NCBI GenBank assembly: GCA_003614675.1 | Contig: ML002306.1 | Coordinates: 1 to 44,687, forward strand | Source: Dimargaris cristalligena | Lineage: Eukaryota | Reading direction: 5' to 3' | Length of the DNA stretch: 44,687 nt | Shown here: positions 22,783-34,695 of the stretch, one piece after another | Position numbering within the stretch: position 1 is the first letter of the stretch | How the letters are laid out: each line of letters opens with the position of its first letter | The notes under the pieces: model-generated | What the model was told of the DNA's origin: nothing | Seen by the model: only the letters and a program-made list of their open reading frames with translations | Databases searched by the model: none | Made by a program: the position numbers and the translations under genes

Positions 22783-25354
22783 ACATACCTGGGGCCACGT
22801 GGCCCGAATCGCCACTTCCAGACATTTTTATTTATATGCTGCATCTTTCATATATACGTTTAATTTCGTAACTTGATACTCCTCATCTAACCATTCCTTA
22901 CTGGATGCAAAATGGAAAGAGACTGGTGCAGTGAACAATAGGGGACTGCAGTATGCAGCCGGTGAATCATAGTGATGTCAAAAATACCAAGTTGGTTAAT
23001 TATTATTTGTGCCGGTGGTGGATAGAAAAGGGCGTGGCGCTCCTAAATGATGGGAATTATTTTGCCAATAACAATCCGGTCATGGGCTAGAGTAGGCTAT
23101 GTGAGGTAATTTATTTTACGGGTGGGGATAGTATTATGTGTTAAAGGGGTGGGGAGAATCCATGATCACCACCAGGTGGAGAGGTCATCCTGCTCATTTA
23201 ATGATCTATATTTAGCTGAGCAATAAAATGGCCCCTTGTTGGCGTTTGGACCATCTGAGCCCGCCACACAGAAATCCCGGCTTTTCATTGAACACTATAG
23301 CTTGTATATTACTCCCCTTGGTCATCGTTAAATGATATGGGTGTCGCAAAGAACATTCATATAAGGTAGTAATAAAAATGCAGTGATTGATGGGGTCAAA
23401 TAAAGCAAGTCGAACACAATGTGTCATAAATCGAGTTGCTTCGAAATGAGAAATTGGCGTTAAAGGCAGTATGACCTAATCGGGGCTGAATAAATGAGAC
23501 GAATATTTGCATTTTGGGAAATTACAACACTCGCTATATTTACCCGAATGGGCGGCAACCTATAGGCCTGATCTTTTAGGGCAACTGAGGCCAAGTCAAT
23601 CTTTATAATTAGCCGTCAAGGTCGGATTATGGAACTGGTATATGGACTAAGTCTGTCTGGCTGGCACTTTCCAGGTACCTTAACTATAATATACTCCAAA
23701 CTAGGATCGAACCAACTGTTTCAGAAACTCGAGGCTGGCGGATGAATGGTCATAATTCATCCCGTTACTGGTGTTCCAATAAGGGGAGGCCATCCCCCCC
23801 CATTTCTTTGTTAACCATCGAAGCTGGTCCTCGTCCCTGCTAGCCCCCGAAGGTTATTCAGTTAGTGACTGTTTATCATTATAAATTGGGTTTGGTGGAC
23901 CACACTCCCCCCCCCCATTGTTTTCAGGGGCAGTCATTGAGTAGGCTGAACAGTCGGATTATATTACCCCAACCTCCCTGACTGACAGTTCTCTGGTGCA
24001 AACCCTGTCTTCCTCCTGTACTCTTTTACCTGTTCCCCTTTATTAACAAATGAACTGCACCCTGGGCCGACTATCAACGGAATGTTGACCAAGCAGCCGT
24101 ATGACGACAGAGTATCCGTCGACTGCAGCAGCCATTTAAGCCCAAGTTAATTAAGGTGATGGAATGAAATAATCATCAGCATCTTGAATTGCATTTTGGC
24201 AAGAGACTCGCACTCGGGACCCTCGAGCCCTTGTGTGCGTGGGCAATATAGTAAGATGAACCGCCGGGTCTGACGCCAGGGTGCTCTATGCACGAGGCAG
24301 ATTAATAGAATTCGAGATGGAGGGCTTAATTAGTGCGGCCCATCACCCCTTTACCGTACCCCCTTTACTGTCTTTTCCAGCATCTCTCTCACTCTCTCCC
24401 ATTGCCCCCGCCTATCTCCTTCAACTCGCCAATGGTTGCTTCAACCGCACACTACGCCTTTCCCCCCAAGACAAAAATCATCTCCCACCAAACTGTCCGG
24501 GTCTATTATTAAAAGCACCACACAATAGTGGATCCGTTTCCCCCATCTATCTATAGAATGTCCTCTTCTCTCTTCCTCCGGCGCACTCTCCACAGAGCCA
24601 TTGGCCACCATCGTTTGGTCAGAATATAATATCTTTGCGATTGGTTCTAATTGTTCCTCGAATCCCGGGCCGTGATGGTTGACGGAGGAGCGGCGGCTCC
24701 CCTTATTTTAGGACCGGAAGCTAATTGGCTGCGTTGTGCACAACTGGAAGTCGTCGGGTAAAGGACGAGGAGGCCATTGTTGGCATTGGCGGCTTGTTGA
24801 TGGGGAGTCATACGGCTTCTGTTGGATTGCAAAAGAACCAATCAGTATACCATGCGAGATCCCCCCAAGCACGAATAGCATGTTGGCCCAGTTCACCCCT
24901 GACCACCACATTCGCTGGATCGCGCGGGTAGAAGGCGATAATTGAATAAAGATAGCCGCTGGTGGGGTGTAGTATAGGGTAGGGTGTGCGTAGCAGGGTA
25001 ATGGACAAATGGCACACACTCCATCCAAGCGGTCAGCACATCTGGTGGTCCCCCGTGTCTTTTTCCCCCTCCACACATGCATTCCTGGTCTACGAGCTAC
25101 ATTGCCTATATAAATATATATATAAATGGGTATAACTTAACCCTCACCGGCAGCCCGCGCCTATTCACTTGGATTCCTTTCGTTACCCTGATATTCTCGC
25201 CCCCCGGTCTACTTAGACCATAATTGCCCCTCTATTAACGCAGTATTTTCGATCCGATAGTTCTGTGTACCACTTAGTTTGCCTGCAGTGCTCTGCGCCT
25301 CTCTCCGTCCATTCCGCTGGCCAAACTGCCCGCTCTACTGCTCTGGCCAAGGTT

Positions 25355-25376
25355 TATATATATATATATATATATA
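25355..25376. repeat. (TA)n microsatellite
   Basis: Seen directly. Confidence 0.9.
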
Positions 25377-26198
25377 TTATTATAGACCCGCTTGGGCCTT
25401 GCTTTTATTCGTCTGCACTACGCCCCATTCTTCCGCCACAGCGTTGCACGGGAATTTATCCGGATTACTACCACTGCCCTTTCCCCTGCAGTTTTCCAGA
25501 ATTCTTGTTTTATTTTACCCCCCCCCGTCTAAAGGTATCCGGTTTTGCTTGGCGTAACTCATTCCGCGTACGGCACTACATCGAGTATAAATTTAGATTT
25601 CCCTTCAAAAAGGTAAGGACCACGCAGAACACCTCTGTATAAATTAGCACAAGGCAGCCTCCTATTCCTCTGGAGATACCCTGTATATAATCCGGCGCTG
25701 GCCCCACATATCCATACTACTAGTCTCCCTACACCTAATCACACATTTCCACGTTAAATTCCGAACCCGCCGAGTCGAAGACCACCGGCGGTTCGCTCAG
25801 CAAGGCCATTGAGTCGCTTTGCTATACATTTGTATATATTTATATTCATATTTAATTGACCTTTACCTATATGTTTACCTACTTATAACCACCACCGATC
25901 TAATTTATCCGTTACTTCCAGTAAACCGTTTAGGCATTACACACACAGTAGAGAAACACGTCGTGGTGCAACTTTTCTGTCGCTCTGTAATATCCCATCG
26001 GTGACTTCAATACCCTGACCGTTTCTTTCCTCCCTATATATAACACCATTTCCATACCGATCCGATTACGACCAGTTTTCACATCGATACTACATTATTT
26101 ACCTTGGACTGTACACTATATTACTATTTGCGTAATATACACCCCCCCTCCTCTCTCCTTCTCACATCCCACACCCCTTTCCTATCGACGGGTTCATC

Positions 26199-27455
26199 AT
26201 GCAGCTACCCTTACTGTTTCTGGCCCTGAGCCCCCTGCTTACCTACACCTCGGCCATCTGCGCCAAACTGGGCAAAAACTGCCCCAAGGAAGTCCCCTGC
26301 TGTAACCAGGGCTGGTGCTCCAACGAGGCCACCGCCTGCGGTCTCCAATGCGAACCGGGCAATAGTTACGAATCCGGCAGCTGCCAGCCCGAGCCCGTCT
26401 GCGTCGACCAAAGCGATAATTTCTCGGGCCAGTCCCTCGTGGAAGCGGCTGACTTCACGGGCAATCCCAACCGGTACATGTGGGTCAACGACTTCACCCC
26501 TAGCAAATCCGAAATCAGCAACGGGGAACTGCAGCTGTACATGACCAAGAACGACCCGGCGGATTCCAAAGGGTTTGGGGCCCGGGTTTCCTCCTCACGG
26601 TACCTGGACTACGGTACCCTGTCGGCGCGCGTCAAGTCCGCGTCCACGGGACTGGGGGCCGTATCGGCGCTTATCATCAAAAACGAACAGGGCGACGAAA
26701 TCGATTTCGAATGGGTCGGTTTAACCCCCGGCAAAGTCCAGACCAACTATTATTACAACGGGGTTCTCAACTGGGAAAACATGATCGAGTACGACGTACC
26801 CGGTGGGGATTCGGTTAACACCTACCACCATTACACCATCGAGTGGGACCCCGCGTTTATCGAATGGCGGGTCGACGGCCAAACCGTGCGGCGCCTCAAC
26901 AAGAAAGATACCTGGAATACGGCCGATAACCAATTCCATTTCCCCGCCCGTCCGGCCCGGGTGCAACTGTCCATTTGGGACGGCGGAAACGACGGCGAGC
27001 ATTGGACCGAACAGTGGGCCGGTACGCCGACCGATTGGGCCAACACTGACCGCTACACCATGTACGTCGACGATGTGGATATCAAGTGTTACTTCAAGGG
27101 TAATCAGTCCGGGGAGGCCTGGCCTTGGGATGACATGGCTGCCATGACCGGGGCCAAGAGCAGTAGCAGCAGCACCAGCACCGATGGCGATAGTAGTAGT
27201 AGTAGTAGTAGTAGCAGTAGCAGTGGTACCAGCACTAGCTCTAGCAGTAGTAGCCGTAGCAGTAACATTAACGGTGGCTCCTCCACTTCGTCGTCCTCTT
27301 CGTCCAGCTCTAGCAGCGGCAATACGGTCCCTCTGGTGGGATCGGGGCAGGACACTAGTGCCGCTTCTCACATTGGCGCTCTTTCGTCCCATGGCTTGCT
27401 TCTCTCTGCCATGACCACTACCATGCTGTCGGCCCTGCTCGCCTTTGCTCATTAA
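26199..27455 (+). CDS. GH16 Crh/Utr2-like chitin-glucan transglycosylase, GPI-anchored, 418 aa
   Basis: Signal peptide, Cys-rich chitin-binding-like N-terminus (CPKEVPCCNQGWCS), catalytic DEIDFE motif, Ser-rich stalk encoded by (AGT/AGC)n, hydrophobic C-terminal GPI signal. Confidence 0.92.
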   Translation: MQLPLLFLALSPLLTYTSAICAKLGKNCPKEVPCCNQGWCSNEATACGLQCEPGNSYESGSCQPEPVCVDQSDNFSGQSLVEAADFTGNPNRYMWVNDFTPSKSEISNGELQLYMTKNDPADSKGFGARVSSSRYLDYGTLSARVKSASTGLGAVSALIIKNEQGDEIDFEWVGLTPGKVQTNYYYNGVLNWENMIEYDVPGGDSVNTYHHYTIEWDPAFIEWRVDGQTVRRLNKKDTWNTADNQFHFPARPARVQLSIWDGGNDGEHWTEQWAGTPTDWANTDRYTMYVDDVDIKCYFKGNQSGEAWPWDDMAAMTGAKSSSSSTSTDGDSSSSSSSSSSSGTSTSSSSSSRSSNINGGSSTSSSSSSSSSSGNTVPLVGSGQDTSAASHIGALSSHGLLLSAMTTTMLSALLAFAH

Positions 27456-28682
27456 TTGGGCTCTGCAACCCTCTGTCTCTCCCTATCTCTCTCTTTTTTT
27501 CATTAGTTTTCAGCAGAGCGTAGATGGGGAAGTGATTTGTTTCCTCCTAATTCATATTGATAGTTTTTATTTTTTTGGCATCCGGGTCCGTCGTGAGGAG
27601 AGCTCGGCTCTTCGCTAAAGCACTCCCCGGTGCACTCGTCCCTAATACCTAATCTTAGTCACCCTCATTATCCCGTATTTTTTGTAAAGGAACACCTGGT
27701 AGATAATGTTACTGACTTTAAATACACCACTGTTACTTTGAGTGTTTGAAATCCACGTTTGATTTCGGCCTTTAGCTTAGGCTTTGTTGTGAGATTTCTG
27801 AATCATTTCAATCAATTGCACTATATAAATATACCATACCCCAGATTCAATCGGCAGGAATATCAAGGCAGTATACTATTCAGTGCCGAGCTATTGCTCA
27901 AACGACACAACCAGTCTCATACAGGTTCAATGGGAAAGGGGAGTAATATATATTACATGGGAAATGCTATAAAACCTGCCTCGTGACATTGGGAAGTTGC
28001 TCCAATAAGATTCAACCCAAATTGAGTGTGCTCCAATCACTCCAATCGTTTTATACCACAACGCCCCGGCTAAGATGTCTGGAATACGAATAGAGAGACT
28101 TCTACCCCTCCCCCCCATTCACCCCAATTTTTTTTTCATTTGCACCACAATGCACTGAGGAGGGACTCTGAAGCAAGGCAATCAATTGACGCTACACATT
28201 ACAAACCAGGGCCATCTAGAAGCCATTGCCCCAAGGGCTACTGTTGCCAAAGACGATATAATTAAACAAGCCAGCATTGTTTGTTGTTTGAAATTGATCC
28301 GAGCCTATCTCCCCGTCTCTCTTACCATATATATATATATATAAGAATTACATCATAGACACCAATCAAAGGATCTAACCAGACCCCTTGTACCAAGCTA
28401 ATTGAAAACCAAAGCGTATATAAATAAATAAATTCCAGAAGCACTGGGTCGCATTTATTGCTTTGACGCACAAAGGAAGGGAGTGAGAGAGATGGATAGA
28501 TAGAGAGAGTGAGACGCACAACTAACCGTTGGTTTTATTCTAGAAAATAGGAAAAATAGTGGCTGGCACAGCAGCCGTGGGTGGAATTACACCACGCGCG
28601 CACACCAACGGCATCCCCAGGTGTTTGTTCAGTGGGGGAACACTATGTAAAAGGGTGGAGAGATAAGAGTCACCCTATACCT

Positions 28683-30532
28683 TTACACGAAGGTCTTGAC
28701 GAAGTCGTTCAGGACCTGGCGGAGCTTCTTCTCGAGGTCCTCAGAGACCTTACCCTCGGTGCGGATGGCATCCAGGATGTCCTTGTGGTTGGAGACCATG
28801 TGGGGGATCAGGGCAGCTTCGAACTCGACGATGCGGTTCACGTCGATCTTGTCGAGGAAACCGTTGACACCAGCGAAGATGATCACGACCTGGTTCTCCA
28901 CAGACATGGGAGAGTACTGAGGCTGCTTGAGCAGCTCAGTCAGACGGGCACCACGGTTCAGAAGGAACTGGGTGGAGGCGTCCAAGTCGGAACCGAACTG
29001 GGCGAAGGCAGCGACTTCACGGTACTGAGCCAGGAACAGCTTCAGGGAACCGGCGACCTGCTTCATGGCCTTGGTCTGGGCAGCGGAACCCACACGGGAC
29101 ACGGAGATACCGACGTTAATGGCGGGACGGATACCCTTGAAGAACAGCTCAGCTTCCAAGAAAATCTGACCGTCAGTAATGGAAATCACGTTGGTGGGAA
29201 TGTAGGCGGACACATCACCACCCTGGGTCTCAATGATGGGCAGGGCGGTCAGAGAACCGCTACCGAAGTCCTTGTTCATCTTGGCGGCACGCTCGAGCAG
29301 ACGGGAGTGAAGGTAGAACACATCACCGGGATAGGCCTCACGACCGGGGGGACGACGCAGAAGCAGAGACATCTGACGGTAGGCCACGGCCTGCTTGGAC
29401 AGATCATCGTAGATGATCAGACCGTGCTTGCCGTTGTCACGGAAGTACTCACCCATGGCACAGCCGGAGTAGGGGGCGATGTACTGCAGAGGGGCGGCAT
29501 CGGAGGCGGTAGCGGCCACGATAATGGTGTACTTCAAGGCGTCGTATTCCTCGAGGGTCTTGACGAACTGGGCGACGGTGGAACGCTTCTGGCCAATGGC
29601 GACGTACACACAGTACAGCTTCTTGCTCTCGTCCTGACCGTCGTTCCACTTCTTCTGGTTCAGAATGGTGTCGAGGGCAACGGAGGTCTTACCGGTCTGA
29701 CGATCACCAATAATCAACTCACGCTGGCCACGACCAATGGGCAACATAGAGTCGACGGACTTGATACCGGTCTGCATTGGCTCGTGCACGGACTGACGGG
29801 GGATAATACCGGGGGCCTTGACCTGGACACGCTGGCGGGAGCTGGCCTGGATAGGACCTTTGCCATCGATGGGGTTACCGAGGGCATCGACCACACGGCC
29901 GAGCAGACCGGCACCGGTGGGGACATCCACAATGGAACCGGTACGCTTGACGGTATCGCCTTCCTTGATCAGACGATCGTTACCGAACACGACAATACCG
30001 ACGTTGTCGGCTTCCAAGTTCAGGGCCATACCCTGGACACCGCTGGAGAATTCCACCATCTCTTCGGCCTGGACGTTCTTGAGACCGTAGACACGGGCAA
30101 TACCGTCACCGACGGACAGGACACGACCGGTCTCCTGGATGTCGGCGGCGTTGGACAGACCAAGAATGCGCTCCTCCAGAATGGAGGACACCTCGGAGGC
30201 AGCGGGCTTGGCGGCAGCGGACTGCACGGAAGCGGTGGAGAAGGCACGGCTCATGGCACCGACGGCGGCGACAGAGGGGCGGACCTGGAAAGGGTGTGAC
30301 AAGAGTTGGAGGGATACAAAAGTGGATCGATTAGTATATCAGCCCTTCAGGGAATAGGAGGGATAGGGTTGGCCAGTTGAGCGGTCCACCCAACTGTTTG
30401 GAGCTAAGTTTGGATAGGCGCCACTCCAATAGGGGAACAGAGTTGTGGCACTCGGGCACAATTAAATAAAATAGTACTTACGGCCAGGGGGGCCTTAGTC
30501 TTAAGGCTCAGGCGAGCAGCGTTTCTAAGCAT
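28683..30532 (-). CDS. ATP1: Mitochondrial F1 ATP synthase alpha subunit, ~550 aa; exons 30532-30482, 30284-28683
   Basis: GDRQTGKT Walker [30 protein letters not shown]; exon 1 [17 protein letters not shown] is a targeting peptide followed by a GTAAGT donor. Confidence 0.97.
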
Positions 30533-31856
30533 TGTGGCTACGTTAAATATAGGGCTAGACAAGGGTAAAAGGCAAGATCGGCAGGGAGAGTAATCCGATC
30601 AGGAGAGGGTGGACAAAGTAAGTTTAGATAATGGCAGGGTAGGTTAGTTGGCTGGGTTGAGTTGGGATAATCCAAGAGAATGCCTCTAGTGCCTAGAGGT
30701 AAAGTGGACCAATCTCGGGTGGATCAGTGACAATAGGTAGGGCTATGGGGATTCCTAGCAGCTGTGCCCCCCCCCACTACTGTATGGGAGCGGAAGAGGT
30801 GGTTCGGTAGACTAGGATCAGTCCAAGCCAGGGCGAACAGTGGGATAGTGAGATGGGTAGTAGTGCGAAGGAGGTTGGGGGTATCTCCTCGAGGATAGTG
30901 GTAAAGGTAGTGAAGAGGCCTTACTTTACCCGACGATGGATCAAAGCGAAATGGGAGTTGGTATAAGAAATACCTAAAGGAATCAAAACAAAGCTAAGGG
31001 AAAGGACAAGGAAAGGTACGAAACAGAGCAACGGTCCAGAAGTAAAGGGGAGCAGCGGACGGTGGTCTACACTAGCGTTGAGTAAGAAACGTTGGGTGGG
31101 GTGGGCGGGAGGTTGGGTATCGGTGGTTGGTTGGATATATGCTGCTGGGAGGGGAGGGGGTCAGACTACTAGTAGTAGATAAGCGCATACAGCGGACCAC
31201 CGTGGGGTGAGATACTAATTAGGTTGGACGAACAAGCCAGCAGGAACGAAGGGGTCCCACTCAGTGGCTTCCGTCGATTGGGGCAGTCCGCCTTGTAGTG
31301 TACACTGGTACTTAACCTCCCGCCGGCTGTATATGCTGGGCTGGGGGCAGAGAGAGAGGACTATAACAGTTGCGTCGTCAGCAACCCCCACGTGCAGGTG
31401 GGGCGAAATGGGAGGCCTGGTGTACAGCACCGGCCATCCAAACCCCGTGACTACGTACTCAATCACGTGCCCTTGGACGAGGGCTTGGTGAATGTAAATG
31501 AGAGGTATTGTGGCGGTGGTCCTACTACTACTGGCTCGGATAATAAAAGGAGGCAGAGCCTGTGGTGGATACTATAAGTCGCCGGATACACTAGGTAAAG
31601 AAGAGTGGTCCTGTAAAAGAGATGATATAGGCCAACGGTAGTTTTACCACCATTTAAGTATATCGCCCAGTCCAGCGAGCAAATGCCCTGAGAGCACCAT
31701 TCATGCGATCTCCCCCCACTAGGCGACGAAGATTCCCTGTGCGTGCCTTCAACTAACTGCCTACTCGACTATACACACCTTGATTGGACCGAACCCCGCA
31801 CTATCTTTGACGAATATTGTATTTTTTCTTTTAATATTCCCCCTCCACCTTTTACA

Positions 31857-32456
31857 ATGCTGTCGCCTTTCACAACGCGTGCCGTCCTCCTTCGGGGTAC
31901 GACCGCCGCTCGTCTGACCGGCACAATCACTCCTAATGCCTGCCTTGCCTCGCACTCGTGGGGTGGAATCCGGGTTCTGACCACCACCAGCGCCCCCGTC
32001 ACCTCAGCGGTCGCCACCCCTACCCCCACTTCCACTGTATCCACCAGTGACTCCGCTACCACTCCCCAGACCTTTGGCCCCGATACCAAGGCCCTAGTCA
32101 ACCGACTCCGCAACCAAATCAACTACTTCGCCACCGTCCGAATCAAGGGCCGTCTGTTTACCGTGACGGAGGGGGATATGATTGTCACGGAGCGTATGGC
32201 TGACCTAGCTTTGGGTGACGTACTCCAGCTGGACCGCGTGAAGGAAATCGGGTCCCGCGATTTTTCCATCGTTGGCAAGCCCTACGTGTCCCCCGAATAC
32301 TACACTATCCGGGCCGTGGTGATGGAACATACCCTGAGTTCGCCCATCACCGTCGTTAAATTCAAGAAGCGCAAGGATTACAAGAAGACGATTGTCTACC
32401 AACACAAGTACACGCTGCTGCGGGTATCGAAACTGGACGTTAAAAAACTAGAGTAG
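31857..32456 (+). CDS. MRPL49: Mitochondrial ribosomal protein bL21m (L21 family), ~199 aa
   Basis: YFATVRIKGRLFTVTEGD..LGDVLQLDRVKEIGSRDFSIVGKPYV..KFKKRK..HKYTLLRV; presequence-like N-terminus. Confidence 0.88.
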   Translation: MLSPFTTRAVLLRGTTAARLTGTITPNACLASHSWGGIRVLTTTSAPVTSAVATPTPTSTVSTSDSATTPQTFGPDTKALVNRLRNQINYFATVRIKGRLFTVTEGDMIVTERMADLALGDVLQLDRVKEIGSRDFSIVGKPYVSPEYYTIRAVVMEHTLSSPITVVKFKKRKDYKKTIVYQHKYTLLRVSKLDVKKLE

Positions 32457-32854
32457 ATTTTGCTTCCATTCAAGTCGATAACCTTGTAACGAATGGATTG
32501 AGTACCGCTGTCTAATAAATATAAACATGGGTTTAGCTTAGGTGCATTGTTCAACCCTGATCATTCATAATACACAATTTAGTAGGCAATAAATTCACTT
32601 TGCATAGTCATTACTCGGATCATGGGTCAGTTCCAGCGATGTTAGTATTTTAAGAAAACGGAAATTTATATTCATAAATAGGTTAGTGGAGACTAATGGG
32701 TAGACTGCAGGATGCTGTTTGGTCCATCTAAAAAAAAAACAGATACGATGGTGTTCATGTAAAAGGAATTCTCTACAATTAAATAATTGAGGTACCCCTC
32801 CACTCTAGGGAAGGGTGCCACTCGCCACTCTATACAGGGAACTGGGGAGCTGGA

Positions 32855-33988
32855 TTACGAAGAAGGTGCCTTGAGGGCCTTGCGTTTCTTAACCGCCGTG
32901 ACGTAGGCCTGGCTCTCGGTCAGCGAGCATAGGGTGGAAGCACATAATGGGGCCGATGCGCCCGGGATGGCGATTTCGGGCACTTTATCGAAAAAGGTCA
33001 AGCCAGCCGCTTTTTCAATGGCGCTGATGGGCAGGACAAACGACTCCAGAGGGGCATCGTCGGGAATCACGGCATTGGGTAGCACAAACCCACCGGCGGA
33101 ATATTTACCTACCGCGTTCTTGACCAGAATCACCTTATAAAAATGGGTGGGCACGGCGATATTGGGGGGACTGCCAATGACCTCGTATTCCACCTTATAT
33201 TTGTTCGGGGAGCCGGGGATGGGTTTGGGCAGGTACAGCGGGCCGGTGAACACGTAGACATCCGAAAAGGATTTGGTCAGGCGCCGGGTAAAAGTTTCGA
33301 AATGGGACCAGTAGTCGCGGTTGAAGCCCATCCCGACCTGGGGGCACATGTTGGTCAGGAGGAACGTATCGTCCATGGCGCCCTGGGACCGTTTGGCGTC
33401 AGCCGCGGGGGCCATATGACCACGATCGTAACCGCTCTTGAAATAATCCTTGAGGCGCGCGCGGAATAACATGGGAATACGCGTATCCTCCCGGAACGCC
33501 GAGTTGGACCGGTCGGGATCTTTTTCACCCGCCTCGCGGCGCAGGTTTTCTGCCGTTAAATGCTCAAAAACCCAGTTAGGGTTCCGCAACTGCCGGTTGA
33601 AATTGCTCACGTAGGACCCAAAGTACCCGGTATCGGCAATAGGTCCCGGGTGCCCGAGGGCTTCGAGGACGCGGGCCGTCTCGTTTTTGACGGGGACTTT
33701 TGTTTCGTCAGTGGCGGGAGCCGGGGTATACGGTGGTGGTGGTGGCAGATGGGCTACAGGGGTGGCCTTCGGCCCGGTGAAGGGAGGGGGAGTACCGGGA
33801 ACCACTGCCACTGGTGGAGCCGGGCGTAGGGGGGCCGGGGGCTGGTAAGCGGGTGGTGGGTTGACACTCGGTGGGGGTGGAGGTGGGGTCTGCGTGGGCC
33901 GGGCACGTTGGTGATACACACTGGCCAAAAGTGCCCCGAACATAGAGCCCCCGACGAAAAAGGTGACCTTGGCGGCGTTGCGGTTCAT
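32855..33988 (-). CDS. NUC1: Mitochondrial DNA/RNA non-specific endonuclease (EndoG family), ~377 aa
   Basis: DYFKSGYDRGHMAPAAD active-site motif, TFLLTNMCPQVG.GFNRDYW, VPTHFYKV; first ATG at 33988. Confidence 0.93.
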   Translation of the reverse strand: MNRNAAKVTFFVGGSMFGALLASVYHQRARPTQTPPPPPPSVNPPPAYQPPAPLRPAPPVAVVPGTPPPFTGPKATPVAHLPPPPPYTPAPATDETKVPVKNETARVLEALGHPGPIADTGYFGSYVSNFNRQLRNPNWVFEHLTAENLRREAGEKDPDRSNSAFREDTRIPMLFRARLKDYFKSGYDRGHMAPAADAKRSQGAMDDTFLLTNMCPQVGMGFNRDYWSHFETFTRRLTKSFSDVYVFTGPLYLPKPIPGSPNKYKVEYEVIGSPPNIAVPTHFYKVILVKNAVGKYSAGGFVLPNAVIPDDAPLESFVLPISAIEKAAGLTFFDKVPEIAIPGASAPLCASTLCSLTESQAYVTAVKKRKALKAPSS

Positions 33989-34695
33989 GGCTAAACGATC
34001 CAAATGCTAGAGTGTAACTGGGTAAAGAACTGGGTAGCAGAAATGCGGGGAATGGGGAGGGTCTGCCGGTCTCGGGACGAATAGCGCGGGAATGGGAGGC
34101 CAGAGCTTTGGCGGCCAAATGGAGTATATATAGTTTAGAGGTAGTCTAGAGTTCCCGACAGAAGGCTCGTCAATATGAAGAATAGTATTCTTACTACTGT
34201 TACTACTGGTCTTGGGATCCTCTTCCCCTCACGAGGGTTTCCCAACTTGGCTAGTTTTTTGAGCCCCCAAGAGTCACAAGATCCCCCCGCACTTGAGTGG
34301 GTTGGTCAGTCTACCAGCGGAAAGGGCCATCTCCTCAGTTAGGCTGGGTAACGGAACCTTCCTCCTATATACCATATATGCTAGGCAGGGGGGGGCTTAT
34401 AGTAGTAGTAGTAGTATAGTATATATGCCTATATTTCGCAACTTGGTCTTCCTATTCCTATTCTCCTTTATTATTCCTGTCCCACGTGTAAATGCGCCGT
34501 GTCCATACTTCTCTTTGGACCATTGCCCATAACCCCTTCCTATTTGCGAAGCACTCTGCGCCTACTGCTCCTTTATTCGCCGCGCTACCCCTCGTTCCTT
34601 AAGCGACCCCGGCCCAGTAGCCCACAACCCCTTCGTTCCCCTGTCCAGGCCCAAAAAACCCCTCTCCGCCGGTGTTCTTCGAAGCTCCGCCCGCC

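Noticed and set aside
22800-26198. Many short ORFs and a small hairpin (~25763-25794) in the long intergenic region
   Set aside because: No homology or RNA-gene hallmarks recognised; consistent with promoter and 5' UTR of the GH16 gene
28581-30299. 572-aa ORF antisense to ATP1
   Set aside because: Shadow ORF expected from the strong codon bias of a highly expressed gene; GTG start and no recognisable domain
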